Below, piece after piece: positions 50,191 through 64,000 of a stretch of DNA of 64,000 nt (the first letter of the stretch is position 1; each line of letters begins with the position of its first letter). The translations under genes and the position numbers were made by a program. Source of the stretch: Phoronis australis (taxonomy: Eukaryota; Animalia; Phoronida); assembly GCA_002633005.1 (NCBI GenBank), contig NMRA01000392.1:252279-316278 (forward strand), read 5' to 3'. The notes beneath the pieces were generated by a model. The model was not told the origin of the DNA. It worked only from the letters and a program-made list of their open reading frames with translations, and did not search any database.

Positions 50191-53100
50191 GCAAAGTCTT
50201 CTTTTCCTTGCATGGTCCTTATGTTATTGAACTCTATCCTGTCTTCCGTTACCGATTGACATGTGCATTCTACATACTTAGTAAAGTCTGCCGTAGGAAG
50301 GCGTAGAAGAACTGCTAAGGATTATTTGGAAAACCAAGAGATATTTCGGATACTGACGTCTCAGATGCAGATACGACAGACAATCCAGATCCGGATGGTG
50401 GTGATACTGCTGGGCTCATTCAACGAATGGCAAATATCTGTACTATGAACGGTGGACTGAGTATTTGCCAACAACATCCGACATCGAAGTTCTAACAATT
50501 CTCTCCAACTTGAGAATTGATGGTTCTCAGCTGGACGAATGAGTGTGATAATCCTGAAAATTTTATAAATTCCATGGTTGCAAGCTTTTGACAACCCTGT
50601 CAACATGATAGAAATATTGGTTTTTGTCAACAGACGTAACACTCTCGTCCAAGTAAATGGAAAACTCACGTGGATCGTTTTGTTTACTCTGGCTACCTAA
50701 TTTGTATTCATGATGGAGAGATATTGTGCAGTTTTTACAAGAATTCTGGTTGCGCAGAAGTTTAAGGTTGTACCAACTACTATAAGATTGCTGTGCAAGA
50801 CATTAGACTGAGAGAAAATGCAGACTCGGCTGTCAAGGCATAAAATTGTGACTGGCTTTTCAAAGTAACTTCACTTGGACTGTCTACTTCGTGGGAAAAG
50901 TTTTCTGTATCTTAGACTTTTTGGACTTCGTTGACGTTGACATCACAAGTATTGAGTAAAATATTTCTTCATACTGTTTCAAACACCTCTGTGTAGACTT
51001 CCATTTCAAAGTCATTGACTAAACAAATGAGTTATGTGAATAGTCCACCTTTTAGAAATAAAAAAGTTGAAGAAACACAGTAATTTGTTTGCAATACTCA
51101 TGAAGTGCGTGGGTAAAAATAAGGCACACACTAGCCTACGCCGGGGAACGTTGACCGCCGCGCGGTTCTGGCATGTTTGTTGCAGTTTTTACACGTGTTG
51201 AGTACATTTGATAGAAAGATGCCGGAGAAAAAAAGACAAAACGTAGTTTTGATCCTTAAGGAGTTGTGCAATTATGCAAGCATACGACCATATGTGCGAG
51301 CGAATGCTTTGAGTCGCCTCACGCCTCTGTGACTTTGTGGTCACAAATACAGCAAATTGTGAAAAGAGATAAACACTTTGCCCAAATTCCATAATTTGAT
51401 AGGTAATTTGACATTTCGCTGCACATTCAAATTTTAAGTTGAAATTGTGTCGGATGTCGCCAGTGTTTAACTTAATTGCCACTGGAAAAGGATGCATTGA
51501 ATTTACTGAGATTCTAACACAACAGTATAGGTCAACCAGTCAATTTGCATTTTAAATTTCTGTGATCGACACAAACAACGGCATACCAGACCATCAGGAA
51601 GGTCTTAAGCTATTGAGGTACGGGCAAAATATCAAATAAAAAATGACAGACAAAACTAATACATTGATAATGTTGCGCCTTGACATGACAAAATTGGTCA
51701 TTTTTATCACTATTGTTCTTCATTTGATTTGAAGAGAAAGGCATATTACACATGCCACTTACTGAGACCCACAGGGTAAATGATTGACTCGGAGGTAGAG
51801 ACAAAATATTCGTTAATGAATAAAAAGGACAGACAAAGTTGGTGCAACGATATCTGTGACACATCAATTGCACAATGCATTTTATGGTTTGAAGTGAGGG
51901 AAATACGGCGTCTCTGTCATAGCACTACCCATCGACATGCTGACAACACTTTTTTTTCTGGTGCGTGCCTCCAAAGTGTACCCAAAGCTGTATGACCGAC
52001 GTTCACATGGGGGGGTTTGTAAGTACACCCTTTCCCGATGTTGAGTTCAAAGAATGTGTCACAAGGCCAAAGTTGAATCAGCGCTAATTGTCACATGCAT
52101 TCAAGTAGCTAAGTATATGCAGCGCCCAAGCGCTTAATCAAGCCAAGCCGGTACACTATTTTATTTAGAACTGTTGCCGTTCTTTTGATGTGCGACTTGG
52201 GAGTGGTGTGCACCTCTGACCGCTAGAGTACGCGATACATTGGCAGCAACATGTGAATAATAGATGGCTCATACGTATGTCGCGTGCGCTGTCCCAGAAA
52301 TGAGAATTTCTTGCCAAGTTATTATTACTCTACTGCACGACACCGTTGTTTGGCAAATAATAGCCAGTTGTTGTCATCTTCACGTTTGTTTTTTGCGATA
52401 ACAATGAGACGTACATTCACACACACCCTTGAACTGATGACATTTCTGAGTCACGATTGTATACCGGGACCTTGTGTGCAAACAAGGGTTAACTGACCAG
52501 TGCCACAGTGATGCATTGTTGGGAATATTGTTAGTGGATAATCAGGACATCTAATGTGAAAAATAAATATTTTTTCCATCACATAGTTTGGTATTAGTTT
52601 AGCGTTATCAGATTTAGTACGAAACGTAGCAGATGGCATTTTACATGGGTCCAAATACTTCGAAACTTGGTTCACTGTGAGTGAATCGATAGCGCCCTAT
52701 CTGAGATCTACGCCACTGTTCAGTGTGTTGATTCGAAGGGTACTTTACCTGACACGATTGTTTTGGTTAGTAATCGCATTAGCATTCGCTAATTGGTGAT
52801 GTTCGTTGAGCTAACTACTTATTTTTTTACTATCCCTGCAGGTGATCAGGTGTTCAGGCTGGTTAGTGGGACAATGTGCTGGTCACTGTGATGATGTCAT
52901 ATAGACCAATCTACTGTGACTTGTCGAGAGGATAAAGAGGTTTTACGATGGGGGCACATAAATTGGGGGGGGGGGCATAAAATGTGCAGTTTTTAATTAA
53001 TGGTTGTGTGGAATGAAATGAAACAAAGATATATTTCACAAAAGTACATGTATTTAAGGTATCTAAAGGGTAGTTGGCTCATTTTCCAGTGTCTTTAACT

Positions 53101-53797
53101 TTCACCTGTTGATTCCTTTGTGTGAATGTAAGCTGTGACCAGCTTAACCACAGTATTGTGTACCAACAGGGCTTGCTTTACAAGTTTAATCAAGTGTGAT
53201 TCTAGATTAGATTGTGATAGCAGAAGTTTCTTGATTTTTACACTCCAGAAGAATGGTACATAATGCAGGCCATCAGTGCATGTTGTTATCCTTCTGCATA
53301 CATTAACAGACAGCTGTGACCTCCACTGACCCCCCTAAACACTCTTGCATTGTAGACTGTGAATTCCATAAGTTAGAAGTACTGGTGACTTGTTGTAATC
53401 TTGACCAGTATTGCTCTGGAGACATCACTGACTTCCCACTCACACATGTACAGCTGTTGCCAGTTCAGTGCCAAAGCTTTATTACCTTTGACCTATCTAT
53501 GTGTTCCTATTATTGGTTAGAGTGAGCATTTGTTATGGTGCTAAGCATTACCTAGTGGATTAAGATTGCAACAAATTTCTGGTCATGAACTGGTGTAGCA
53601 CCCCCTAGTGTCATTTTGTGCATCTGTTGCTGTATCTCCTAAGCCCTTTTCAATTAGATCTTTGTAATTGTGGCCAAGTATATTACTTTGAACCTGACAA
53701 TGGCAGTTTTCAGCTGGGACTATAGTTCGAACTAGCCTTTATGGATCGATGGGAATGCCTGTATAGTTAACCACTGTAGTTGAGCTGTTGGTCACTG

Positions 53798-53891
53798 CCC
53801 ATACCAAAAGGCCGTGTTTGCCGCAAGCTTGCAGCAAGCATGCGGCAAGCTTGCGGCAAGTGTTTGCAGGAAGGCTTTTTTTTGGTATGGG
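53798..53891. mobile_element. 94-bp EnSpm/CMC-like mini element
   Basis: TIR CCCATACCAAAA / TTTTGGTATGGG, TG on both flanks (2-bp TSD candidate), interior of gcaagc motifs. Confidence 0.65.
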
Positions 53892-54434
53892 TGAACCTAA
53901 CTGGTCTAAATTACCCTGCTGCGGACTAGAGTGCTCACATTACATGATTACCTCAGAGTAGTTGCAAGTGAAAGATTTCTTTGTAGAATAACCGATTCTG
54001 GTGAATCAACTTCATGATTTTTTTCTAAATCTAAAACATGGGTTCATGGAGTACCACACATTCACCTTGAGTGCGAAGCCACATGTGCTGCATTTTGTCT
54101 CAGATGTATATATAGTCAGTGGATGAAAACTCATACCCCTGATTCTACGTATGCACTGAGTCACAGTAATGTTAACTTAAGCTCGTGGTCAAAACTGGGC
54201 AAATATTGAAAATTGGCATAGCGATGTCCGTATCATAGCCTTAACTCTTACAATGAATTTCTTCCCGAAGATTGCTGACGGATGTCCTGAACACGAGATA
54301 GAGGTGGTTTAGTTACTTGGGCGGCTCTAAATTGGAATTGCCAAGCTCATGTGCTTGAATCCATTTTTCAAGTCTTCCTATATTACAAATGCTGAAACCT
54401 TGGTATTGACTTCCCAATCTTTGTGTCAATGCTC

Positions 54435-54700
54435 TAGGTTGAAGTTACTGCAATAAATAGAGCTGCTCAATTGGCATGCCAATATGACACTGAGGTAGGT
54501 AATCATCCAACCATCTTTTCTGACAGCCAAGCTTTAGATAAGAGCACTAAAGAAACCAAGAGTCAACTCTCACTGAGTTTAAATGCTTACATTAATGAGC
54601 TTAATTAGCTTGCTGTGGGGAGAACTGTCAATATACTCTGGGTCAAAGTCCATGTGGGAAGTGACAGGGATAAAATGCAGACAGTCTGGCAAAAACAGGA
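54435..54700 (+). pseudogene. RNase H domain relic of a non-LTR retrotransposon (I/R1/LOA-type)
   Basis: Reads EVTAINRAAQL..TIFSDSQAL..RALKKPRVNS..NELN*LAVGRTVNILWVKVHVG..ADSLAKTG across frameshifts. Confidence 0.8.
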
Positions 54701-54924
54701 GATTTGAGGGTTGGCATCATGTACCAGAACTGCATGTCCTGATATTTATGGATGATGCAGCATGAGCATAGATGCAACTTCATACCTACTTGGTCAGCAA
54801 CCCATTGGGCATCTCTCATTATAGGCACATTCACTTTGGAATATGTATCTCAGTGGACTGCTTGGTCAGCCAGTCCTACTATAGTCCAGCTCTCTTTACC
54901 CTTATGAAAAAGCTTCAGGAAATT

Positions 54925-55210
54925 CTAATCCCGAAAGCCAGTGAGAATCTCACTGGATTCCAGTTAGATTCCAGTGAGAATCTAACTAATTAAGATGCCA
55001 TTTAAATTAGTGAGAAAAAAATTCTCACTAGTGAGAATACAGTGATATTCCAGTTAGAATTCAGTGAGAATCTAACTAATTTGCATAGCATTCCCACTCA
55101 GTGAGAATTTGTCTTACTGAAATTCTCACTGAATAGGAATGCTATGCAAATTAGTGAGAATTTGTGTTAATGAAATTCTCACTGAAAATCTCACTGGGTG
55201 AGAATTTTGA
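54925..55210. repeat. Foldback-like cluster of CAGTGAGAA / TTCTCACTG motifs
   Basis: Many direct and inverted copies, plus the inverted pair taatttgcatagcattcc / ggaatgctatgcaaatta. Confidence 0.65.
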
Positions 55211-55614
55211 ACTTAGAAAATTTTGTGTGTGCCTTTTCAGCCACTGACTGAATAGAATCGAGATCAAACCTTTTTGGTAACCAAAACACTGCTTATTTTT
55301 GTGAGTTTATCTTGAACTTTGACTAAGGATACAATTTAATAATTGCTAATTGTGAAATATAGCAGACATAAAATAATAACTATAATGCCTTTGGTGAATC
55401 AGCAAAATACTGAAAACTCAGCTGTCAACATGCACAGAATGAAGACATCAGCCTAATACTGGTGCTTCATGCACTCTACTACATGTATGAAATGTACTAA
55501 CCTTAAGCTTATTAACACGCAAAATCAGTCCAGGATCACCTGTGGTTGACTTGCAGACAAACTGTTCAGTAATTTCAGAATATTTGTGAGAAAAACATCA
55601 ACAATCTTCAAGCT

Positions 55615-56074
55615 NNNNNNNNNNNNNNNNNNNNNNNNNNNNNNNNNNNNNNNNNNNNNNNNNNNNNNNNNNNNNNNNNNNNNNNNNNNNNNNNNNNNNN
55701 NNNNNNNNNNNNNNNNNNNNNNNNNNNNNNNNNNNNNNNNNNNNNNNNNNNNNNNNNNNNNNNNNNNNNNNNNNNNNNNNNNNNNNNNNNNNNNNNNNNN
55801 NNNNNNNNNNNNNNNNNNNNNNNNNNNNNNNNNNNNNNNNNNNNNNNNNNNNNNNNNNNNNNNNNNNNNNNNNNNNNNNNNNNNNNNNNNNNNNNNNNNN
55901 NNNNNNNNNNNNNNNNNNNNNNNNNNNNNNNNNNNNNNNNNNNNNNNNNNNNNNNNNNNNNNNNNNNNNNNNNNNNNNNNNNNNNNNNNNNNNNNNNNNN
56001 NNNNNNNNNNNNNNNNNNNNNNNNNNNNNNNNNNNNNNNNNNNNNNNNNNNNNNNNNNNNNNNNNNNNNNNNNN
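55615..56074. other. Assembly gap
   Basis: Run of N. Confidence 0.99.
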
Positions 56075-56837
56075 TGAGCGTGCGTGTGCGGGTCATCGAC
56101 GATAGACTTTTTTGTTACAAAAGGCGGAGGATTATGCAAGAAAATGGCGTTTACTAGATTGTTTTTCACTTAAACGGCTGTAACGTGCAAGGTGAGTGCT
56201 GGTTAACTCACAGATTTTGTGTGCACAGGCCGACTGTCGTTAGCTCTGCCGTGGAGTATTAATAGTCCAAGGCTCGATCTACATGTTGGGGACGAAATGA
56301 ACTACCCGGGCTGTGTGAAATTTCTGGGTCTAACGGAGACACTGACACAGTGGTCAGTCAGATCTCTGTATCAAGACTATAGTCAAAATCCAAATTCGTT
56401 TTATCGTGTCCCTGTCAATAATAACGGCATGTTGAAGCCTTCTTAATTTTCGTACTTCAGGAACATAACAAGCACGTGTTTTGTACACATACGCGCACAC
56501 CGCAGATCACATCTCGGAAATTGCCGATTTGACGGATGACAATGAATGAACACTATGAAATTAACAACGTCGTTTTACAGCTTGTAAGATTCATAATAAA
56601 CGTTTTTTGAATATTGCAATGCATGTGTTCCAAAATCTAAATAAATTGGGTCCTATATTTTTGTATTAGTGCGCGCCGAATGAAAGTAATCGTGAGTGTT
56701 GCTGTGTTGCAAAATCTTTTATCCTGGGCCGATTTGAAAAATTCAAAGTTGTACTCATATTTGTTTTCGCTCCTCTTTTCAAATATTACAGTAAAAACTA
56801 TGTAAAACTCTCTCCATAAAAAGTACAGTCTCCTAGC

Positions 56838-56976
56838 TAGATTGTAATCAGCTGATCATATCCGCATGAGCGAAGCCGATTATCCTCGCTCGTGACTCGA
56901 TGACTAGAGCAGCTTGGCGGCATCCTTTGATCGTGAGCCGAGCGCGACTCAGCCAAGAGCGATAAATACAGTCTAG
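56838..56976. mobile_element. Small CpG-rich element with CTAGA(C/T)TGTA..TACAGTCTAG ends
   Basis: 10-bp imperfect inverted ends and an internal gagcgaagccga. Confidence 0.4.
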
Positions 56977-57288
56977 TTCAATTTTCAATACCCCACCGTT
57001 TACCTGAACCACTGGGGTTAGAACCAATCTTATTTAGTGGGAATGTTCATAGCATGAAGAAAGTCTATTGTGTGTTAACCACACCCATGATTTACAGCCA
57101 TCTTCTATTCCACTATGGTATCCTAGTTTCCCCAAAATGTGTTGCCAGTTTGATCTTTGACAAGATGTTTATTTGGTATTGTCAAAATGACTTAGACAGA
57201 TTTTTGATGGAACTTAATACATGTATAGCTAGGATGATCTAACACTAATAGATTTCCAGCTTTGAGCTGAAGTTATTAACTGTACATA

Positions 57289-59718
57289 CCGTAATCGTTA
57301 GGGTTAACGCCCTGGGCGGTTAAATTGGCGAATCCAAAAAATCGGAGGGCGGTTAACCAAGCAGTGGGCAGTAAAATCAAAAATCCACCTAAAGTAGGGG
57401 ATGGGCGGTTAACCGAAAACATGGGCGCTTATTACGACAGACAACCGCCCTGGGCGGTTAATCTTACCGGGCGATCTAAATCCCGACACGACAATCGTAC
57501 TTGGAAGGCGTAGCCCTTTTCAAAGAGCTTTATCGTCACGTCGCCAAATGATTGTGAAAACGTCATAACTGCGAATGATCCCAACAAAGGTTCTCTTGCC
57601 CTCAGATTAGTCATTCACTATGAAATTTACAAAATTGCTGAGTAATAGCCCCGTGCCGTCCTGCGGTGCGCAGACGACCAGTCACCACGCAGCCTCCACT
57701 AGAATTAAAACTGTTTCAAGATGTGACCCTGCTTAAGTGCGTGCATGCAAGCTTCACGTGTTGCCGAGGTCAGACATCAAATTTATGGTTACGGTCTCGT
57801 ACTATATGTAGCTGTCAAGTTCTGAGTCAGAGAGCAGTTTTAAAATTGGTTGTAATAAAAGTTTGAAAAACTTAACTCTGCTGTTTTTTGTGTTTGGGAT
57901 GTTATAGTCGACACTCTGTGACTCAGTGACATTTTCAGCGTATGGCTCTGCGGCCAGCTGTCTTATCTCGACAGCCCGGCATTGCTCTCTTGCCGTTGCG
58001 CCAAACATGCTATGCAAAGAAGTAAGACAAGTATCGGGGGTGGTCGAGCCAGTCGTCGATCAAGAATAAAATTTCAAGCAACTGCATAAATATGTTACAA
58101 AATGTCAGAAAACAGCAATGTTTTAATTCATTATTCTAAACGATCACCTTACCAAACTTCGTGGTGGAAAAACATTTATTTTTCATGCAAGATGTCCAGA
58201 TTATCCTATTTATATCACTTGTAATATTGTGCTGCAGCTCTGTTCGGTCCCGCTGTTATCGCGCAATGTCTCAGTCGGCTGACAATCGTGACTTGGAAAT
58301 GCCGTCAAGTAATATAACGGCATCTTTCAGTATGCATCTCATTTTTTTATGGCCAAAGATAGTGGCGGTATTCAGCACGCACGTTAGGGCCTAGGTGTGA
58401 GTCACCTGTCAATCCCATGTTGGTGTCAAGGTAACATGCACTCCAAAGTGTGGGAACTTGCGCACGTGCACCACTACAAATCAGTCACACATAGCGACAG
58501 TCCGACGAAGTAACAAAAACGGGCGTGACTATATACTTTTAAGCTGTTGTTACGAAAGACCCAGTTCTTTACGATATTCCTCCGTTGCTAATGTTCCCCA
58601 AAACTGCGATGTCAAGTCTATTTCCATATTTCCCGGCTCGATGCTCCCTAAGCCCACGCATCCCTGTAACTAGCTGAGTGAATCTCCTACCCACTATCGT
58701 CAAGCAGTCTACGTGGTAGATATTTCAGACTCGAATGGTAAGAAGTTTTGTTCAGGCTGAAAATGGCCAATGTATAAACAAAATTATTGTGGATGGCTAA
58801 AAAGGGGATGTGGAAACGATTATCACACAGTCACGCTTACGTGGGGGCTGATGCAAGAAATAGCAAGGAACAGCCAGCGACATTAGTTAAATCTGCTAAC
58901 CAGTTTGACTGAGATGCAATAAGCGAAAAACAAAATTTGACTAGCCGTTTTTTATTACTTCAAGATCATACACAAACATACATTATTGCCAACGTTTGAA
59001 TTCAGAAATCGACAGACAGCAACGAAATCGGTAACCCAGTAAGGCACTTGTACTGTCCCTTCGGTCGCCCCACATCCTCTATAACCAGGCAGTTATATTC
59101 ATCAAAATATTGAGAATTTGAAATCTTTCCGTGAGTTGTGAGATTTGTTCAAAATACGAGAGCTTCCCACCTTAATAGAATTTGGAGGGTAGGCAAAACC
59201 ATTGTCACATTTCTCTGGCCTGATTTTTTCGAATATTTGTTTTATCTAGTGCACTGCAGACGGAAACTCTGCGCGGCAGACAAAGTCGCTGAAAGCGGAG
59301 GTTTTGACGCCGGCGGCGTTCTTAAACTTTGCAAACAAGTGAAGAAAATAAAGTGACAAAAAGGTTCAAGTATTGTATTTTGAAGTGAGTTCATGACCCA
59401 AGACAATAAGTCGTTACCTGTATTGTAATTCAGATTGCTAAACCACCGTCTCGGAGTCCCGGCGTCGTTGCACTCATTGTGATCATCGATCTTTTTCTAA
59501 AAGTCGGAGAATCGTGCGTTTCCTTAGCACTAGGAGCTAAATCTTCATTCTTTAAAAGTCGGGGATGGGCGCTTGACCGAGAGGTGGGCGCTTAACTGGA
59601 AATCTTCAAAAATTGCAGGGGGGCGCTTAACCGAGCAGTGGGCGGTTAAATCGAAAATCCACTTAAAGTTGGGGATGGGTGGTTAACTGAGCATGGGCGT
59701 TAACCCGAACGATTACGG
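57289..59718. mobile_element. Tc2/pogo-type non-autonomous DNA transposon, ~2.4 kb
   Basis: TIR CCGTAATCGTT(A/C)GGGTTAACGCCC, TA on both flanks, subterminal GGGCGGTTAA repeats at both ends. No transposase recognised. Confidence 0.85.
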
Positions 59719-62700
59719 TATTACATGAAAACATCCCAAGAAGCATTGAAGCACTGTTTGGGTGTAATCATTACCTGGCATTCAATGCTTTGCATTGCTC
59801 TTGTGAGAAACAGTAGTCGACTAAAAATTCTTCAGTTTGCTTCCAAATAATAGTTAGAATTGCAATATTTCTGTTTTTCAGAGGCTTACCTGACATAGTT
59901 GCAAGTGCTCAAGTTTTTACCAAGTGTTGTTTGGTAGTAGCTACGCCATACAAAATATTCTAAAAGCAGAGTAAGTTTTCCTGGAAAGTTATGTTTGTTG
60001 AGAAATTTGCCAAAATGGAATTTTGCTGTCTGCCATATGGTGTCCCAAACTGAAGACTCATTACCATACTCTGTTGAAGTCACTTTCTGGCTAATTTATA
60101 ATTGAAAAATTTTGTTTCTGGGTTTGTTACATTTTTTACGGCTCACAAGAACATCAAGTTATCCGGGAATGGCAGTCTTGTTACATTAATAACAGACATG
60201 TAGACATTCCCATTCTTACTTTCCATCATTGACTTAAGTTTAATCAATTGCCATTGTTTAACCTCTGTGTTTCTTCCTGTCTCCTATTTGTTCCAGAGAT
60301 GAATGTGCTTTGGGGTCTCAACCTATCATCATGGTAATGTGTCATGCTCATAAGATAGTCTTGTTCATGTCACCCCAGGGACTGCAAATATCAAGAAACA
60401 ATATTGTATAGCCTAATTCCTATCTGCTAGTGTCTCATCTTTATTTCATCAAAAAGTTAGCTTCAACCTTCAGGCAATTAACACAGTTTAATGAATAATT
60501 CAGCTCTTATTCCACATCATACGTGTAATTTGTTTTCATTTGTGACTGTTAAGAAAATTATGTCTTATGTTTGTCAGCGACAGGAACACAATTGATCTAT
60601 GAATAAATGATAACATGTGAAGCGCTATTATAAGTATTCCCTGCTGAGGAGTTTCTAAATGGTAACTTCTTTGCTAAGATAAATGTCAGTGAACACTGAC
60701 ACCATTTTCCTATGGTAAACGCTTTTTTCTTTAATTGCTACACTTACTTGTTCATACCGTATGTAGGAGTACTACAGTGGTAAATAATTAAAAGGGACTT
60801 ATCGACTTTAATGGTAATTTCCACTGCATTGGCTCAGCTTTGCTTCCACATGTAAGCGTGTTTGTCTCATACTCAAGATTTATTTATTGGGGCATTAGAA
60901 AGTAGTAACTTTTCTCTAGATGTTCATCAATTCTGTACAGAGATAATTAAAGTTGTATTGATGTTTCATAATCAGTTCTATGAGTAACAACTAGTTATAA
61001 TGAATTTTAATTTTCTGCACTAGTTTGATTTAATGCCTATGTTTGGCCACCCAAAATGTGCATATGTCTCACTTTGAAATGCCCGCTCTCTGAGCTTATC
61101 GCCCACACACGATTTATTCGACCAAGAATTCTCTGAAAGTGCCCATGTCCTTGTGACCTCCTATTGTCAGTGAATTTTAGGTCTCAAAACATAGGAAGCT
61201 CCTTAACCTGTGTATAATTGGTGAAAGTGGCGAAATTCATACATAGAAATTAAAAATCTTTATTGGACTTACTCCAGTGTTTTAAACCACTACCAACTTC
61301 TTCACGCTAATCTGCATCACTTGTTGATTTTTGGTTTTGAGACAAACTAAGGTTGTTGATTTCATGATAACCATGCTTTCAGAGCTCCGCTCAACACCAT
61401 TTTGCATGAGAAACATAGTTATTTGACAATTACGGATATCTTGCTTTTAAAATTCGTCCATCATGCTCTCAAGCGTCACAATTAATTATACAGTTTGTAA
61501 CGCACCTGACAATGTTCTGTCTTGTACATGTTATACTTTGGGCCTATGACCACATGTATATATTTCAATAAATCACTATTATTGTAACCTTATGGAAAAA
61601 GTCAAGTTTCACATGACCTGCAATACTGATTATTTTTAAAATCACACAGCATCTAAAGCTAAGAAAATGCCAAATTCGCAACTGATGAGCCGGACTTACT
61701 AAGATTGTCAACAGTTGAAGTCAAAATTTTTTTTTCAGTTTTCCAATGTCAGAAAAGTTCATCAGGTCATGGCAAAGAGGTGAAATTGACAATTTCACAC
61801 AACATGTTATCATTTTCAATGCTTCTTCTATGTTGGAAAAATCATTAAATGCTTAAAATGTGGTAAGTATTGTAGTAAATTCACAACGTGCCAAAATATT
61901 TGAATGATGGCTGAGATTTAGCCTAAGAATGACTATTCATCAGATAAGTTCCCACCATGAAGAAGAAACAGTATCTGTCTGATAGTAACTTTTTGCGTTT
62001 ACTGTATTTCACTTTAAAGCTGCATTTTGCCCTGTTTAGTAACTGGCTTTAAACATATTTCAAGTTTTTATCCGAAGACCCAAAAGTTGTTGTTGTTGAG
62101 TAATGTGAATGGGCCTATTTTTGATTGGAAGTCCTTCAGTGCTATTTTTAAATGCCAGGGTGACCCTAATAAGTACAATGTTTTTCTGACTGGTTGAGGG
62201 TTTGTATCAGTTCTAGCGGTAACAGAAAACGAGTCCAATCATGGTTAGGCAACTTTAAGGCTGATTTATAAGACCACACTGGGCCCAATGTAGTTTTTTG
62301 TTTGTAAGCCAGATAAAAAGGGTAAATACAACTTTAGTTTTTTGTTTTTTTAAACTGATATATTTATTGAAGAATAAACAGAACATACAAAGAAATAATG
62401 ACAAACCTAGAAATCGCAAAGCATTATATTTAGTTTTTTGTCACCCAAACAAAAATCAAAATCCCAAGCAAAGTTTACAAAGCTCTATTCAAAAAGCAAA
62501 ACTCGATGGAATTTGATGTTGGCATTCATGACGTTTTTGGTCGTTACAAATTTGAAAGTAGAGCCAGTCTGTATTCAGTGGCTAAGAACGTGTTCTAGGA
62601 ATGTCGTACAGCCTGCTGATGACGCGAATGACTGGATGTTTGATGGGTCTTGTTTATTTGGGCTACTTATAGCATTCATTCAAGATGCCATTCCTCCGAA

Positions 62701-63041
62701 AGCTGTTTCACTGCTCTAAAACCTAAACTTTCAGCAAAGATTTACTAATGAAAATTCCAAAGTATTATGATCAATCTGTTGTTTTTAGGCATCGCAATTT
62801 TTAATCTGGGTCATCAGAAATAGGTCTGAAAAAATTGTCTGCACAATATCTGTAACAAAATCGGACAAAAATCTAATTCAAATCAAATGAAAAGGTTTTG
62901 TTATGAATGCATATAGTATATTTACACTGAGAATTAAGATATCTAAAGGAAATTGTGACCTCCGTGATATCGAGTAACTGACACAATCGTCTGGTTGCAG
63001 CATTCCTTGATCGTCTATCCCATTGCTCGCTGCTTTTCTTG

Positions 63042-63450
63042 ATGGCAACATTCGACTTAGGATTTAACATGGACTTTGATGAGTCTAGCATTGGTGAAAA
63101 ACAAAGTAGATATGGCACTGGTGTAACTGACAATGATATTAAGGATTTTGTTGTCTCGCAAACGCCGTCAAAAAACCAAGAGTGATGTGATAACATTCAA
63201 TAAATGATATATAAGAAGCAAAGAAGTGAACATTGAAGACATTGCTAAGAGGATGCTAATTCAATTTAATTCAATTAAAAGCATTCACAGGGTTTTTAAA
63301 CAGAAAAGGATCACGATGGTGAGAAAAAATTTAAAGAAGGGTAACTTTCCAATGAAAGCACTCTGAAGAGCAATACTTGGTGAAATCAAATAAAAATTTA
63401 AAGGTGAGACTGGACGACAAAACCAATGTAATAGATAGCCTTCAATGAGA
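63042..63450 (+). pseudogene. Crypton-like tyrosine recombinase N-terminal relic
   Basis: Reads MATFDLGF..SRYGTGVTDNDIKDFVVSQ..KKTKSDVITFNK*..VNIEDI..SIKSIHRVF..KNLK..DKTNVIDSL. Resembles the Crypton/DUF3504-family N-terminus. Confidence 0.6.
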
Positions 63451-63623
63451 TCTATTTATGTGCTGCAAAAATAATTAAAAAAATATCCCTCACAGTGTCA
63501 TCTTGCATCCGATTTCGCCCAATAATAAAAGTCGTCGGGCTATTGTGTGAACAAAGAAACAAACAAATGAAAGCCCTCTGAGGAGCGACTTTTGGCGTAA
63601 TTAACAGAAAAAACGATGATAAA

Positions 63624-63893
63624 GATGATGACGAATGTAACGACGATGGTGGCGATGATGAACAATACAAGTAATAATAACATTCACATGACGAACGTAG
63701 AGGCCAGAAATCAGTAAGTATAGGCTACAGTCTTGAGCGACACTTGGCGAAATTAACTGAAAAGACGACGGCAGAGATGATGACGAAGATGACAAATATG
63801 ATGGTAATGATGGTGGCGATGCTGAACAATATCATAACATTACTATGACGAACTTAGATGTCATAAATCAAAAAAATATAGGCTACAGTCTTG
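63624..63893 (+). repeat. Two diverged tandem units with GAT/GAC-rich low-complexity heads
   Basis: gatgatgacgaa..gatggtggcgatg.tgaacaata..atgacgaac.taga..ataggctacagtcttg occurs twice. Confidence 0.7.
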
Positions 63894-64000
63894 TTCAATA
63901 GAAGGTACACCAACAACAGTCCATAAGCCTGGGTCAACAAAGGAACAGCATTTTCAGAAAATCTCGAATAATTCAAAAAGTCGATGTTGTATTGAAAAAA

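Noticed and set aside
50263-50650. Acidic frame resembling a piggyBac N-terminus
   Set aside because: No catalytic motifs or TTAA-flanked CCC ends identified.
55525-56169. Long ORFs in the track
   Set aside because: They are artefacts of the N gap.

Overview
Eukaryotic, AT-rich, repeat-dominated window with no intact protein-coding gene that I can support. The repeat families suggest a marine invertebrate (inference). There is one assembly gap (55615-56074). Almost all ORF-track entries are spurious. Recognisable content: (1) a rearranged, decayed Penelope-like retroelement (RT plus C-terminal GIY-YIG, tandem and inverted segments, 9-bp candidate TSD) at 38781-42649; (2) a tandem-plus-inverted array of ~270-bp tRNA-headed units carrying a degenerate hammerhead-like motif at 46093-47170, the best novelty candidate; (3) Helentron-associated (HINE/DINE-like) elements; (4) many non-autonomous TIR elements (hAT-, Transib-, Kolobok-, Harbinger-, Tc2/pogo-, EnSpm-like), several deeply nested; (5) coding relics of a Tc1 transposase, a HIRAN-like domain, an L1/Tx1 ORF2 end, a non-LTR RNase H and a Crypton-like recombinase; (6) two weakly supported death-domain-like pseudo-exons. 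All assignments come from reading motifs by eye; no database search was run, and coordinates may be off by a few bases.
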